Shown: positions 45,129 to 55,810 of the stretch, piece by piece
How positions within the stretch are numbered: position 1 is the stretch's first letter
Layout of the letters: every line of letters starts with the position of its first letter
From: an uncultured Verrucomicrobiae bacterium
GTDB taxonomy: Bacteria; Chlamydiota; Chlamydiia; Chlamydiales; Rhabdochlamydiaceae
Direction: 5' to 3'
Length of the DNA stretch: 64,000 nt
Assembly (NCBI GenBank): GCA_963813135.1
Contig: CAWEXY010000011.1
Location: 128,001 to 192,000 of the forward strand
Position numbers and translations under genes: made by a program
The notes under the pieces: model-generated
Seen by the model: only the letters and a program-made list of their open reading frames with translations
The model's database searches: none
Told to the model about the DNA's origin: nothing

Positions 45129-47763
45129 TTTTTTCTTTTAAATACCGCTCCATAGCGTCGGTGTAGATCGATGCCTGGAGAAAATAATCACCGTTGTTCA
45201 TCTCCGCTTCTAAGCTAGGGAAAGAGTAGTCGGAAAGCCAGTTAGTTTTCCAGTCGACGATGTAATATTTGCCTTCGCGCTCAAAGCACAGATCGATAAA
45301 TCCTTTCATCACGCCGCCCATGTGGGGGAATAAAAACTCGACTTCGCTGATCTTGGCTGCCTTGTCTAGACCTTGAAGCTCAGGAAGCGCCAGAGTTTTT
45401 TCGACAAGAGAGATGATCTCATTTTCCCAAGGCTCGAGAAGGGTGCCCGCGATTTCTTGGCGGACGAGGGGGCGCAGGGGCATAGAAAAGGCTCGTTCGA
45501 AAATTTTATGGATGATCACGCCTGTCTCAGCGCCTGCGGGAAGGATATTTTCGGGAATTTGCTTGGGGGAGAGAGTTTTTTGCGAAAGGGCCGAAAAGGA
45601 AAAGAGGAAAGACGGCGTGTTGTGCAAAAGGGGGAGCTCGAGTTTTTTTTCTTCGCGCGCAGGCCACGGCTGAAGATGGAGCGGCGTCTCTGCGAGGACG
45701 ATGTGCGGAAAGCGGCTGAGATCGGGGGACGTCTTGGCCCAAAACTTCTCTATGGGCGATTTGCCCTCGCTAGAAAGGGGCAGAGGCACATAAAGACGGG
45801 TTTTGGCGCGCGTCATCCCCACATATAGCTGACGCATTTTTTCGGCCTCGATCTCTTCGGAATCTTCATCGTGCGAGGGTGCGGCCAGGCCCAAGGCAAA
45901 AACGGTGTCGAACTCGAGGCCTTTGCTCGCATGGATGGTTAAAATTTGCACGCCGTGAGAGGCGCTGGGCAGCCTTTCTTCAAGGCCGATCTTGGAAAAG
46001 AGGTCGAGCATGGGCAGGAGCTGGGCGCTATCGGGCTGCAGGGAGAGCTTTTCGGCGATGGCGTCGAGCGTTTCATCGCGGCCTAAAAAGGGAGCATAGA
46101 AAGCGGCAAAGCCTAAGGCGAGAAGAGTTTTGTGCATCTCAAAGAAGGACTCCCGCGCAAGCCCCTCGGAGAGGGGGCCGAGCAGAGCTTTTTTAACCGC
46201 ATTGATATCGAGAGGGTCGAGGACCGCCGCTAAAAAATCCCGCATCGAAGGAATCATCGCGAGCGCTTCTTTCCTTTGCTGAGAAGAAGGGATATTCCAT
46301 GTGGCTAAAAATTGCTGGACGCGGCGCGCTTGGAATCGGTCCTTCACTAAGATCGCGATATGCTCCAAGGGAAGCTGTAATTTGGTGATCTCATGGACGG
46401 CGAAGGAAAGATAAGCATTTTCTTCTTCGCCGATCAAAAAGAGAAGATGGCCTTCGCCTTCTTTGGCGGCGCGGGAAGGAGGAATAGAGAGGGTCGTGTT
46501 CCACTTAGGCAGGTCCATCCACTCTTTGCCTGCAAATAGATCGTTGAGGGCAGAGACGAGGCCTTGCTCTGAACGATAATTGGTATCAAGAAAAGCATGC
46601 GCTGCAGGCCCCATGGTCTTTCCCGCTTCAAGAAAGGTGTAGACATCGGCCTTGCGGAAGGCATAGATCGATTGTTTGGGATCGCCGACCAAATAAAAGG
46701 CTTCGAGGTTCGCTAAGCTAAACAGCGTATCAAAAATCTCCCATTGGACCGGATCGGTATCTTGGAATTCATCGATGACGACAGCGCGGTACCGCTTTTG
46801 CACTTGGACCAGAAAGGAAGGGGTTTTTAGCGCTTCTTGAACGCGAAGAAGGAGATCGTCGGGAGAAATCACTTCCTTGGAGCGGCGATATTCCTCAAAG
46901 TCGGCGGAAAGACGGCGCTGAAGTTTTTTGTAATGCGCAGATTCATCCCAGAGAGGGAAAAGAACATCGTGCAGCTCTTCTAAGCGCAAGAGGGGCGTGC
47001 TCTTCACTTTGCGGTTATCGGCCGCAGTGTACTGCAAAAAAAATGGTTTGCAGCGAAGAAGCAGATCCCATTCTTTTTCAAGCGCGTGCTGTTTTTGGAC
47101 CATCGCATCCAACATCTTGGCTTGGTTTTCAAAATCGGGGTCGGTGATGCGCCGGTAGTTTTTAGAGGCGAGCGAAAAGTCGCTCAAGACAGAAAAGGGA
47201 GAGATTTTTTTTAGCGCTTCATTCCATTTTGCAAAGCTTTCCATAAAATCAAGAGAGGGAACAGGCGGAGTTTTGAGCACTTGCGTTCGCAAAAGATCGA
47301 GATCGCTGCGGGCAGAGCGGACGAGTGTTTCGATTTGGCTGGCGCTGTAGCGCCCGGAGGAAAATATGTGCTCTAAAAAAAGATCGAATGCCTCCTTTTC
47401 TTCTTCCGGAGTCCACTGGGCCAGATCGAACCCAGCTCCCGCTTCAAAAGCAAGCTCGGATAGGATTTTCTGGCAAAAGCCATGGATGGTAAAGATCTGC
47501 GCCTCATCAAAAAGAAGGAGGCCTTTTTGCACCTTTTTCTCTGTTCTTTTCTCTAGAGCCGCGCGAATCCGCATTTTGAGCTCGCGCGTCGCCGCGCGCG
47601 TGAACGTCACGACGAGGATCTCCGGCAGCTGCACATCGGTCTCCAACAGAAGACGAACAAAAAGATGCTCAATGGCAAATGTTTTTCCGGTGCCGGCCGA
47701 CGCTTCTAAGAACCGTTTTCCTAAGATGGGCGTCGCGGGATCTAAAATATCAAATCTCTGCAT
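45067..47763 (-). CDS. recB: Exonuclease V beta subunit
   Basis: EASAGTGKT, DEFQDTD, GDPKQSIYAFR, YVGMTRA and nuclease GFID..VDWKTN. Confidence 0.95.
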   Translation of the reverse strand: MQRFDILDPATPILGKRFLEASAGTGKTFAIEHLFVRLLLETDVQLPEILVVTFTRAATRELKMRIRAALEKRTEKKVQKGLLLFDEAQIFTIHGFCQKILSELAFEAGAGFDLAQWTPEEEKEAFDLFLEHIFSSGRYSASQIETLVRSARSDLDLLRTQVLKTPPVPSLDFMESFAKWNEALKKISPFSVLSDFSLASKNYRRITDPDFENQAKMLDAMVQKQHALEKEWDLLLRCKPFFLQYTAADNRKVKSTPLLRLEELHDVLFPLWDESAHYKKLQRRLSADFEEYRRSKEVISPDDLLLRVQEALKTPSFLVQVQKRYRAVVIDEFQDTDPVQWEIFDTLFSLANLEAFYLVGDPKQSIYAFRKADVYTFLEAGKTMGPAAHAFLDTNYRSEQGLVSALNDLFAGKEWMDLPKWNTTLSIPPSRAAKEGEGHLLFLIGEEENAYLSFAVHEITKLQLPLEHIAILVKDRFQARRVQQFLATWNIPSSQQRKEALAMIPSMRDFLAAVLDPLDINAVKKALLGPLSEGLARESFFEMHKTLLALGFAAFYAPFLGRDETLDAIAEKLSLQPDSAQLLPMLDLFSKIGLEERLPSASHGVQILTIHASKGLEFDTVFALGLAAPSHDEDSEEIEAEKMRQLYVGMTRAKTRLYVPLPLSSEGKSPIEKFWAKTSPDLSRFPHIVLAETPLHLQPWPAREEKKLELPLLHNTPSFLFSFSALSQKTLSPKQIPENILPAGAETGVIIHKIFERAFSMPLRPLVRQEIAGTLLEPWENEIISLVEKTLALPELQGLDKAAKISEVEFLFPHMGGVMKGFIDLCFEREGKYYIVDWKTNWLSDYSFPSLEAEMNNGDYFLQASIYTDAMERYLKEKIGGALYVFVRGPAVYTIEPR

Positions 47764-50413
47764 CGAACACCTCCCTTAAGAACGGCTGCCACTGTTTAAC
47801 ATCGGGCCATTCAAAATGATCGAGGAACCAATCGACGATCGGATCGTCCTCTATCTTGATCTCCTCGCCGGATAGAATATTTTTCGCAATGCGCGGTAGA
47901 AAAGGAGACGGCTTTTGCATCGCTTGCATGTAATAAGATAGGTAGCGCTTCAGAGAAGCGGCAGGGTCCGGAAAAAGAGCAGCCTTTTGTGCGCCATCCC
48001 GGGTCAGCAGCAGCTGGCGTGGGACCTCTAGTGGCAAATGATGGAGCAAGAGGAGAAGCGGCCATGCTTTGAGAAGATCGGGATACGTAAGGCCGCCGGA
48101 AAACAAAAGTCCTTTCGATGTCAGATCATTGATCTTTCCCACGATGGTAATATCGGAGATTTTCAAAGCGGGAACGATCCACTCGGTTTCCGACTTTTGG
48201 ACCGCCGCATCGCATCCGGCACGCATATCGACAGAGAATATCTCGTTAACTCCCCACATGCGGAGCATCTTTTGAAAATCCTCGATCTCTTCAGTGACTT
48301 TGCGCGTACACATCTCTTGAAAGGGAGGAAAAGGCAGTTTTCCTTTCGTTTGCATGCGATGCACGATCTCGGGCGCGCTTTGTTTAAGAGAAGAGCGGCG
48401 CGCCTGGGCCAGATCGTAATGCGAGACAAAGGAGGACGAAGAGGAGTCAAAATAGAGCCCCAAACTGCGCTGGAGATAAAATTCGATGGGATGCCGCGCC
48501 AAGAGGCGAAGATGCCGCACATCGATGGTGTGGGAGGGAGCTGTCTCGGGAAGCTCTCTTTTAGCCATCTTGGCAGGATAAGGACGCGGGCTATGCTTCG
48601 TGATCTTGACTTGCGGAAGCATTTTACAAAGTTCGGCGAGCACAATGGACGGCGGCACTTCTTTACCATCGTCGACATCGATGCAGGTATACGTGAAGAT
48701 CAGTTTATCCTTGGCCGTTAGGAGAAGCTGCAGAAAAAGATACCGGTCCAGTTCGCTGTGGCTGGGCCTGTATTTTTCATCGGCGAGAGCGAGCGAACTA
48801 TTTTTTTCTTTGCGTGGAAATTTTCCCTCCTCCATTCCCATCACGATGATCACCGATGTCGCCATCACAGGGCACAGCGAGGCAAAGCGGACAGCATTGA
48901 GGTGCGATGCTTGAAAGACTCCGAACTTGCGATGGATCATGTCTTCTACCGCGCGCCGGACGCTAGTCCAAGAAAAAAGTCCCGCTTCTATTTTGGCCGC
49001 CGCGCGCAAGTACCGCATCAGCGGTTCATCTTCTTGATCCACAACAAACAATGTGGAGACCATCTCTTGTAAAAACACCATCCACTCCGCAACCATTTTC
49101 GTTTGGTTTTCAATGAGCGGCGTGAGGAATTTTTCGAGCAGCCCCGTTACCTCGCGCCACTTAGCGAGCAGCTCAAGGTCTTCCATATCTAAGGAAGGAT
49201 CGTCGCTTTCGGGCGCGGCGAGGATCGCCGTCAGCGCACGCGCAAAAAAAGAGTTCCAAGGCAATCGGACCTCGTCGCTCCACTTTTGGATTTTTTCAAC
49301 ATCGGCGGCATCCAGCGAAAACTTTTGGAGGAACGGAGTGCAGGAGAGGAGGGACTTGACGCTAGAAGGGGCTAATCGATGTTCCACGATATGAAGAAGG
49401 GCCCGGACGCCGGGCGCCACACTGCTGTCGGCATCGAGCGGAAGATCATAAATCGCATAATCGCACCGTCCTGCAAATACCATATGGATATAAGGTGCGT
49501 ATTCCGCCATATCGGGCGCTAAAACGACAATTTCGGACAGCGGAACTTTGAGCTGGGAAATCCGCTCAAGAACGATCTCGACTTCGCGCCTTTTGCTCCT
49601 TGCCGCGTGGATCTCTATCCCTTCTTGGGTTTCGCGAGGCAGCGGAGATAGATCGAGAAGGCTTTTTTGGATTTGGGAGAGCAGCGACTTTTTTTTAGGA
49701 GCCGCATAACGACTGACGCCTTCAGCGGAAATAGATTTTTCAAACTCCCTTCCCGCCTTGCCAAAATGCGTGAGAAGCGGATGCTGCGCCTCAAAATATT
49801 CTTCGAGGTGCGGCAAGAAAAGCTGCTCTTTGGGCGCTAACACATCTCCCCAATAATGCTGGGAGGGAGATAGCGCAAATAATGCCGCTGCTTCGCGCTG
49901 AAAAAAATCTCGGAAGCGCGGCGGCAAAAACGGAGGATAGAATAAGAACAGGTGATCATCGCTTTTTCTTTCTGCCACCTGCGGCCACACTTTTTCCCAA
50001 AGCTGCTGCTGCCATCCTTCCACTTTTCCATCGTAGGCAAAATAGCGGAGAAAAAGTTCACTTAAGTGATCGCAAAAAGAAAGATAGCGCTCCTGCCCGA
50101 TCCCTTCCAAAAATTGCTGCAGCTGCGGATCGTCTATCGTTAAAAGACAATTTTCAATTTTGAGCGATAGTTCAAGTTTGGAGGGCAATCCCGGGAAAAA
50201 TTCAGCGAGCGCGTGCGGCATCTCCAGAAATCTAACAGCGCAGACAACCTTTAATTTAGGATCATGCGCCCAGCGCATCTGTAAAGAATGTTTCACTTGA
50301 GCGCTAGGAACAATTACCGTGCGCGCGCTCAAGGGGTGCAGGCCGGCGCAAAAAAGAATATCGCGCAAACTGTCGGCCAAAACATCAATAGAGTTACTGA
50401 AAAAGGGTTTCAT
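47750..50413 (-). CDS. recC: Exonuclease V gamma subunit
   Basis: Upstream of recB; SN..L start, YWGD, HPLL..FGK, REVE, DRYLFLQ motifs. Confidence 0.85.
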   Translation of the reverse strand: MKPFFSNSIDVLADSLRDILFCAGLHPLSARTVIVPSAQVKHSLQMRWAHDPKLKVVCAVRFLEMPHALAEFFPGLPSKLELSLKIENCLLTIDDPQLQQFLEGIGQERYLSFCDHLSELFLRYFAYDGKVEGWQQQLWEKVWPQVAERKSDDHLFLFYPPFLPPRFRDFFQREAAALFALSPSQHYWGDVLAPKEQLFLPHLEEYFEAQHPLLTHFGKAGREFEKSISAEGVSRYAAPKKKSLLSQIQKSLLDLSPLPRETQEGIEIHAARSKRREVEIVLERISQLKVPLSEIVVLAPDMAEYAPYIHMVFAGRCDYAIYDLPLDADSSVAPGVRALLHIVEHRLAPSSVKSLLSCTPFLQKFSLDAADVEKIQKWSDEVRLPWNSFFARALTAILAAPESDDPSLDMEDLELLAKWREVTGLLEKFLTPLIENQTKMVAEWMVFLQEMVSTLFVVDQEDEPLMRYLRAAAKIEAGLFSWTSVRRAVEDMIHRKFGVFQASHLNAVRFASLCPVMATSVIIVMGMEEGKFPRKEKNSSLALADEKYRPSHSELDRYLFLQLLLTAKDKLIFTYTCIDVDDGKEVPPSIVLAELCKMLPQVKITKHSPRPYPAKMAKRELPETAPSHTIDVRHLRLLARHPIEFYLQRSLGLYFDSSSSSFVSHYDLAQARRSSLKQSAPEIVHRMQTKGKLPFPPFQEMCTRKVTEEIEDFQKMLRMWGVNEIFSVDMRAGCDAAVQKSETEWIVPALKISDITIVGKINDLTSKGLLFSGGLTYPDLLKAWPLLLLLHHLPLEVPRQLLLTRDGAQKAALFPDPAASLKRYLSYYMQAMQKPSPFLPRIAKNILSGEEIKIEDDPIVDWFLDHFEWPDVKQWQPFLREVFDAEI

Positions 50414-50433
50414 GGCTAGAATGCACATTATAT

Positions 50434-52164
50434 ATGAAAAACATTGGACGATCCATCTTTGCCTCGCTCCGCCAGTTTTTTTTCAAGCTTCCGGGCTTTT
50501 CTAAGATGGACACCCATTCGATTTATTTTCTCAACGGCGCCCAATTTTGCGGCGTTCTTAATGATAATATCTTTAAACTCGTCATCGCCTATCTCTTGAT
50601 CGAAGCGCAAGGGCAGCGCAGCGCCAGCGCGATTATGTCGACCGCGGGAGCGATTTTCGTCATTCCCTTTCTCCTTTTTTCTCCGGCCGCCGGCGTCTTG
50701 GCCGACCGGTTCAGCAAGCAGCGGTTGCTAGTGGGCATGAAAGTCATCGAGATGCTCATCATGCTCCTTGCCATGGTGGCCTTTGCTTTTAAAAGCGCCT
50801 GGGGAAGCTATACCCTCCTCTTCCTGCTCTCTACCCACAGCGCTGTTTTCGGCCCTTCCAAGTATGCGATCATCTCCCAACTAGTGCCCCCCGATCGTAT
50901 TTCAAGAGCCAACGGCATCATCACGTCTTTTACCTATTTAGGGATGATCCTGGGAACATTCCTCGCTTCCTTCCTCACCGAACTGACGAATCGCAATTTC
51001 GTTCTCGTCGCGGGCTGTTGTTTTTTAATTGCAGCTGCGGGGTTCATCAGCACGTTTGGCATCCGCCACACACCACCCCAAGGAACCGAAAAAAAGCTCC
51101 ACCTTTTTTTTATCAAAGAAATTTGGAACACGCTCGTTTTCTGCAAGAGCCGCAATCATCTTCTCCTCGCCCTCACAGGATCCGCCTATTTTCTATTTAT
51201 TGGCGCTTTCACTCAGCTCAACATCATCCCCTTTGCCATCGAATCTCTGCACTTAAATGAGATCGCCGGCGGATATCTCTTTCTCTCCACCGCCATAGGG
51301 ATCGCCATCGGCGCCTATATCGCCGGCAAGGCCTCCAAAGCCCGCATCGAACTGGGCCTTGCCTGCTTGTCAGGCCTTGCCATTTCAGCGCTGCTCATCC
51401 TTCTCTCCTTTTTTGCAAACGACCTCTTCTCTGTCATCTCTCTTCTCATCTTCCTGGGCGTTTGCGGCGGCCTTTTTATTGTCCCCTTCGACACTTTTGT
51501 CCAGGTCTTTAGCCCCGATGAAAAACGGGGGCAGATCATCGCCGCCAGCAATTTCCTTAGCTTCACGGGCGTCCTCATCGCTTCCTTCGCCCTCTTTTTC
51601 TATTCAGAAGTCCTCACCATCTCCAACGCCGCGGGATTTACCGTCACGGGCGTCATCACTTTGCTTTTAGCGCTCTTCATGATCTCGCGCCTCTCCGATT
51701 ATTTTCTTCCCTATGTTTCCCGTATGTTCATCAAGCCCTTCTTTCGCGTCCGCACCGAAAATCTCGAATTCCTCGACGACAATCCGAGAGCCATTCTTGT
51801 CCTTAAAAAAGCCAGCTGGACAAAGGCTTTTCTTCTCCTAAGCGTAGCCCCCAAAACACACCTGCTTCTTCCCAATGGCCGGCGTCGAAGATTCCCTTGG
51901 TTGAACTGGGCGTTTTATTCCATTCACTTGATCCCCTCCGATGCCACTTATAAACCGCTTCTCGAAGCTGCTAAGGAAGTGGCCTCCGACACAGCGAACC
52001 CCTGCATTTTTGTCGACGAACAGACCGTCCCTGAAAGCCTCGGATCTCCCACATTCCTGAGCAATCTTTTTAAAATTTCGCCGCCTGTGCTTCTCTATGT
52101 CGATGTCGACTATGCGGGCCCCGGGACCACGATCCGATTTTCAAAAAATCTCTTAAGTTCCTAA
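50434..52164 (+). CDS. MFS transporter, LplT/Aas-like
   Basis: QFCGVLNDNIFK, AGVLADRFSK, FGPSKYAII; multiple TM helices plus C-terminal soluble domain. Confidence 0.85.
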   Translation: MKNIGRSIFASLRQFFFKLPGFSKMDTHSIYFLNGAQFCGVLNDNIFKLVIAYLLIEAQGQRSASAIMSTAGAIFVIPFLLFSPAAGVLADRFSKQRLLVGMKVIEMLIMLLAMVAFAFKSAWGSYTLLFLLSTHSAVFGPSKYAIISQLVPPDRISRANGIITSFTYLGMILGTFLASFLTELTNRNFVLVAGCCFLIAAAGFISTFGIRHTPPQGTEKKLHLFFIKEIWNTLVFCKSRNHLLLALTGSAYFLFIGAFTQLNIIPFAIESLHLNEIAGGYLFLSTAIGIAIGAYIAGKASKARIELGLACLSGLAISALLILLSFFANDLFSVISLLIFLGVCGGLFIVPFDTFVQVFSPDEKRGQIIAASNFLSFTGVLIASFALFFYSEVLTISNAAGFTVTGVITLLLALFMISRLSDYFLPYVSRMFIKPFFRVRTENLEFLDDNPRAILVLKKASWTKAFLLLSVAPKTHLLLPNGRRRRFPWLNWAFYSIHLIPSDATYKPLLEAAKEVASDTANPCIFVDEQTVPESLGSPTFLSNLFKISPPVLLYVDVDYAGPGTTIRFSKNLLSS

Positions 52165-52208
52165 AATTCCTATTCTTTAAATACCCTCTTGGTTTACAAT
52201 CATGCCTC

Positions 52209-52799
52209 ATGAAAAGGTTAATATCCTCTGTAGTTTGTTTAGTTGTACTAGCCAGTTGCAGTTATGTGCCTGAGGATGTTCAGGTATCTTATCAGCCCGT
52301 TTTGCAAGCGGAACCCCTCGCTGAGGCCTCTGCTGTGAATGTCGACATACAAGTCGTCGACAATCGTAGAGACGGAAAGCGTGTCAGCCGCAAAAAAGAT
52401 GCTTACGGCATCGAACTCGCTTCTATTCGTTTAGAGGGTGATTTAACCTCAACGGTCTATGAAGCGATGAAAGCCGAACTTCAAAATTTAGGATTTCCCA
52501 TTGCTTCAGGAAATGTTGAAGTAGAAGTCGATATTCAAAAATTTTACAACGATTTCAAGCCCGGTTTCTTTTATGACCGCGGCATCTCTGAACTATTGCT
52601 AGGCGTCACCGTTAAGAAAAAAAATGGCCATATTATTTATTCTAAAAACATTGTTGGCATAGGCGAAGTTGGTGATGTCTGGAGGCATTCGGGCAAAAAT
52701 GCAAAAGTCGCTTTAGATTCGGCCTTGAAAGACGCTATAGAGAAAGTGCTCAGGGACCGTTCTTTTATACAAGCCTTGATCAAAAACTCTGAAGCCTAG
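52209..52799 (+). CDS. YajG-like lipoprotein
   Basis: Lipobox LASC; VVDNR and ELQNLGF pattern. Confidence 0.7.
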   Translation: MKRLISSVVCLVVLASCSYVPEDVQVSYQPVLQAEPLAEASAVNVDIQVVDNRRDGKRVSRKKDAYGIELASIRLEGDLTSTVYEAMKAELQNLGFPIASGNVEVEVDIQKFYNDFKPGFFYDRGISELLLGVTVKKKNGHIIYSKNIVGIGEVGDVWRHSGKNAKVALDSALKDAIEKVLRDRSFIQALIKNSEA

Positions 52800-52832
52800 A
52801 ATTAAATTTGCATTTCCTGCTAAAGCAAGGAT

Positions 52833-53462
52833 ATGTACAAATATTTTCTCCTTTTTGCTTGCGCCATCTGCTCTCTTCATGCCGAGGAAACCGCTTCAGA
52901 AAAATCACTCCGCTTCCTGATGGAAGGCAATGGTCGATTTTCTACAGATAAATCTCTTCACCCCGATCGAACCTCCGAGCGCCGTTTAGAGACGACTCAA
53001 AAACAAGAGCCTTTTGCGGTTATTGTCGGGTGCTCCGATTCTCGTGTCGCTCCTGAAATTTTATTTGACCAAGGCATCGGCGATCTTTTCATCGTCCGCG
53101 TTGCAGGAAATGTGGTCGGCCCTCTCGAGCTAGATAGCATCGAATACTCCGCCAAATATCTTCACTCTTCCCTCATTCTTGTACTGGGCCACGAAAATTG
53201 CGGCGCCGTTCAAGCCGCCGTCAATGGAGTCACCGATGACATTGAAAATGTCATGGAGCTCATCGAGCCTGCGGTTAAAAAATCGGCGAAAATGAAAGGC
53301 AACCGTCTCGAAAACGCCATCAAGACCAACGTCCAGCTCGTCGTGGCTCAGCTGAATAATGCACCCGTGTTGCGCGAGCTCATCGACAAGAAAAAGCTCA
53401 TGGTCGCCGGAGGCTATTATAACTTCCATACGGGCAAAGTTATACTTCTTCCAGAGAAATAA
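52833..53462 (+). CDS. Exported beta-class carbonic anhydrase
   Basis: Signal peptide; GCSDSRV, RVAGN, GHENCGAV. Confidence 0.92.
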   Translation: MYKYFLLFACAICSLHAEETASEKSLRFLMEGNGRFSTDKSLHPDRTSERRLETTQKQEPFAVIVGCSDSRVAPEILFDQGIGDLFIVRVAGNVVGPLELDSIEYSAKYLHSSLILVLGHENCGAVQAAVNGVTDDIENVMELIEPAVKKSAKMKGNRLENAIKTNVQLVVAQLNNAPVLRELIDKKKLMVAGGYYNFHTGKVILLPEK

Positions 53463-53465
53463 CGT

Positions 53466-54233
53466 TTAAAACTTCACGTTCGCGGCAGCGGTGACGGCTT
53501 GTTCGCTGAACATGCGCGCCTCTAAAGTCAGATCAAATTTCTTGCCCGAAGAGAGCGAACATCCCACGGCCATGCCAAATCGATCGACATTGCGCATATG
53601 GAAATGCGTAGCTGGATAAACCGTGTGCCTAAAACCGGTCAGATTCGCCTCAGCAACGGAGTAAGTCGCGCCAATATAGGGCGTGAACATATCGACAGTA
53701 TATGAAAGGCCTGTGCCGACTTGCCACTCCCAATAGCGCATATGAGCTCCTGTATCATGGGAAGTCCCGTTGACAGCGGCCCATTTGAAATGCGGCGCGC
53801 TGTACTGATATTTAGCATCCACTCCAAGGATCGTATTTCCCCATTGGAAAAGAATGAGGCGCGCGCCGCCGCCGGCCGTCCATCTATCATGCGACTCGAC
53901 TTCGCGGCGCTCTTTGTCGACACGGGGGCGGTGCCAATAGGTGGAGGTGAGAGATCCTGCGGAAACATAAATTTCGCCGCGGTCCAGAATGTTAAATGTT
54001 GCTACTCCCTGGTCCATGCGCAGCTCGAAACGGTCGATACGTCCTGATATACCATCGTGGGCGCGCATCTTGCGGTTGAAGACCCAATCTCCTTGGTAGC
54101 CAACTTTGATAGTAAGAAAACTATCTTCGCTCATGAAAAACCCTTCATCCACGACTTGAGGTTCTGCAGGGTTCCCTAAATACAGCGCCGAGAGCTGGGC
54201 CGAAGCAAGCAAGAGAGCAAGAAAATAGAGCAT
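53466..54233 (-). CDS. Chlamydial MOMP/PorB-like porin
   Basis: Mature N-terminus LYLGNPAEP (cf. MOMP LPVGNPAEP), YWEWQVG, FTPYIG, terminal NVKF. Confidence 0.8.
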   Translation of the reverse strand: MLYFLALLLASAQLSALYLGNPAEPQVVDEGFFMSEDSFLTIKVGYQGDWVFNRKMRAHDGISGRIDRFELRMDQGVATFNILDRGEIYVSAGSLTSTYWHRPRVDKERREVESHDRWTAGGGARLILFQWGNTILGVDAKYQYSAPHFKWAAVNGTSHDTGAHMRYWEWQVGTGLSYTVDMFTPYIGATYSVAEANLTGFRHTVYPATHFHMRNVDRFGMAVGCSLSSGKKFDLTLEARMFSEQAVTAAANVKF

Positions 54234-54263
54234 AGTTCCTCCAAAGGAGAAACTTTACCACAC

Positions 54264-55055
54264 TTAACGATAAAAATAATCCATCTCTTCGTTTTTTTTC
54301 GGGCCGATCACGCGCCATTTGAGGCGGAGGCTGTGGCGATCGCAGAAGATCTGGCCGAAATAGATATCGCCGCCGCATAGATGCGAGTCGATCGAGGAGA
54401 GCGAATGCGAGCCTGCGGGAGCTAAGTGAAATAAAAAGACCGGCCGCTGAGCACCATGGCGCAAATGCTCCAGGGATATGACTCCAGCGGAGACATCGAG
54501 CGTCCAACGAAAAGCATTGCTAAAGTCAATATCGCGACCCTGCGGCGTCTGCCACTTGCCTTTTTCAGTAAAGATAAGAACCTTGTCGTTTTCTTTGGCG
54601 GCGACGACCTCGCCAACGCCTTTTCCATTCCAGCCTCCCTCTTTGTTATTGGTGCGGGCGTGGAACATGAGATGCTCTGTCGCCGCCAAACGCTCCCAAA
54701 AAAAGAGAAGGACCTTTGTGCGTTTCTCTTGGGTCATCCCAGAGGAGCGATCGCCCTCTTCAACATAGCAATATTGCTTCTTTTCAACGGCAGGCATCAA
54801 GGTATAGGCTTTTTTGAGCAGCTGCTGCAGTTCTTCGAGGAGAGGATAGGCGGGATTGAACTGGTAGATCCTGGTTTTACCTTCGTAATAGCTGTGAATG
54901 ATGCCTCCTTTTTCTAAGCGGGTGAAGGCTTTTTGGATGGGGGTGAGGGGGCTGCTCAGCAGGCGCTGCAGCTGAGTTCCATAGCACTTGTTGTTGACAA
55001 AGAGAAAAAGAAGGATTTTTTGGACATTTTTATTTCCGCAAAGCACCTCGATCAT
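54264..55055 (-). CDS. Winged-HTH domain fused to a small beta-rich domain
   Basis: N-terminal wHTH (YGTQLQ..IQKAFTRLEKGGI..GKTRIYQFNP); C-terminal HLCGGDIY domain. Confidence 0.65.
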   Translation of the reverse strand: MIEVLCGNKNVQKILLFLFVNNKCYGTQLQRLLSSPLTPIQKAFTRLEKGGIIHSYYEGKTRIYQFNPAYPLLEELQQLLKKAYTLMPAVEKKQYCYVEEGDRSSGMTQEKRTKVLLFFWERLAATEHLMFHARTNNKEGGWNGKGVGEVVAAKENDKVLIFTEKGKWQTPQGRDIDFSNAFRWTLDVSAGVISLEHLRHGAQRPVFLFHLAPAGSHSLSSIDSHLCGGDIYFGQIFCDRHSLRLKWRVIGPKKNEEMDYFYR

Positions 55056-55233
55056 GAATATTTCCTCCTAAAATCAGCATTTTTCAAACTATTTAGGGGT
55101 TTTTTGCCCGCTATTCACCTGAACCGCCAAATCTAACCTATTTTAGGAATATCATAAACTCCTTTTTAGTTTATACATCTGTTTTGAGGGGATTGTCATT
55201 TTCATAAACGGAGAAGTAGACTCTTGATTTTAC

Positions 55234-55800
55234 ATGGAGGCATTTATGCAAACGATCGTTTTAAAACAAAACCATATCCTTAGAGAGGTAAGCGTCGCTC
55301 TGGCGGGCAGCCTCTTTTTGGCCATGATGGCCCAAATCTCCGTTCCGCTTCCCTTTACTCCTGTACCTCTAACGATGCAAACATTGGCGGTTTTTCTTTT
55401 GGGAGGCATCCTGGGACCCAAACGGGCCTTATTTGCATTAGTCGCCTATTTGGCGGAGGGCTCCTGTGGTCTACCCATCTTCACAGGCGCTGCCATCAAA
55501 CCTCTATGGTTTTTAGGCCTGCATGCTGGCTATCTATTCGCCTTTCCTATAGCTACCTATGTTGTCGGGAAACTCACCGAGCGCCGCGAAAGCATTTTCC
55601 ATTTTCTTTTGGCGCTTTTCATTGGAGAGATCATCATTTTAGGCCTCGGATCGAGCTGGCTAGCGCTTTTCTTTGGCTGGAAGAAGGCTTTCTTACTCGG
55701 GGCTGTCCCATTTTTTATCGGAGCGATGTTAAAAATTTGCGCAGGGGCGTTAATCCTGAAAAGCTATGTCATTACTCGCCAAGCTTTCTTTTCTCGTTAG
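55234..55800 (+). CDS. bioY: Biotin ECF S-component
   Basis: AQISVPLPFTPVPLTMQT, YLAEG..GLPIF, GYL. Confidence 0.92.
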   Translation: MEAFMQTIVLKQNHILREVSVALAGSLFLAMMAQISVPLPFTPVPLTMQTLAVFLLGGILGPKRALFALVAYLAEGSCGLPIFTGAAIKPLWFLGLHAGYLFAFPIATYVVGKLTERRESIFHFLLALFIGEIIILGLGSSWLALFFGWKKAFLLGAVPFFIGAMLKICAGALILKSYVITRQAFFSR

Positions 55801-55810
55801 GAGAACTCAG

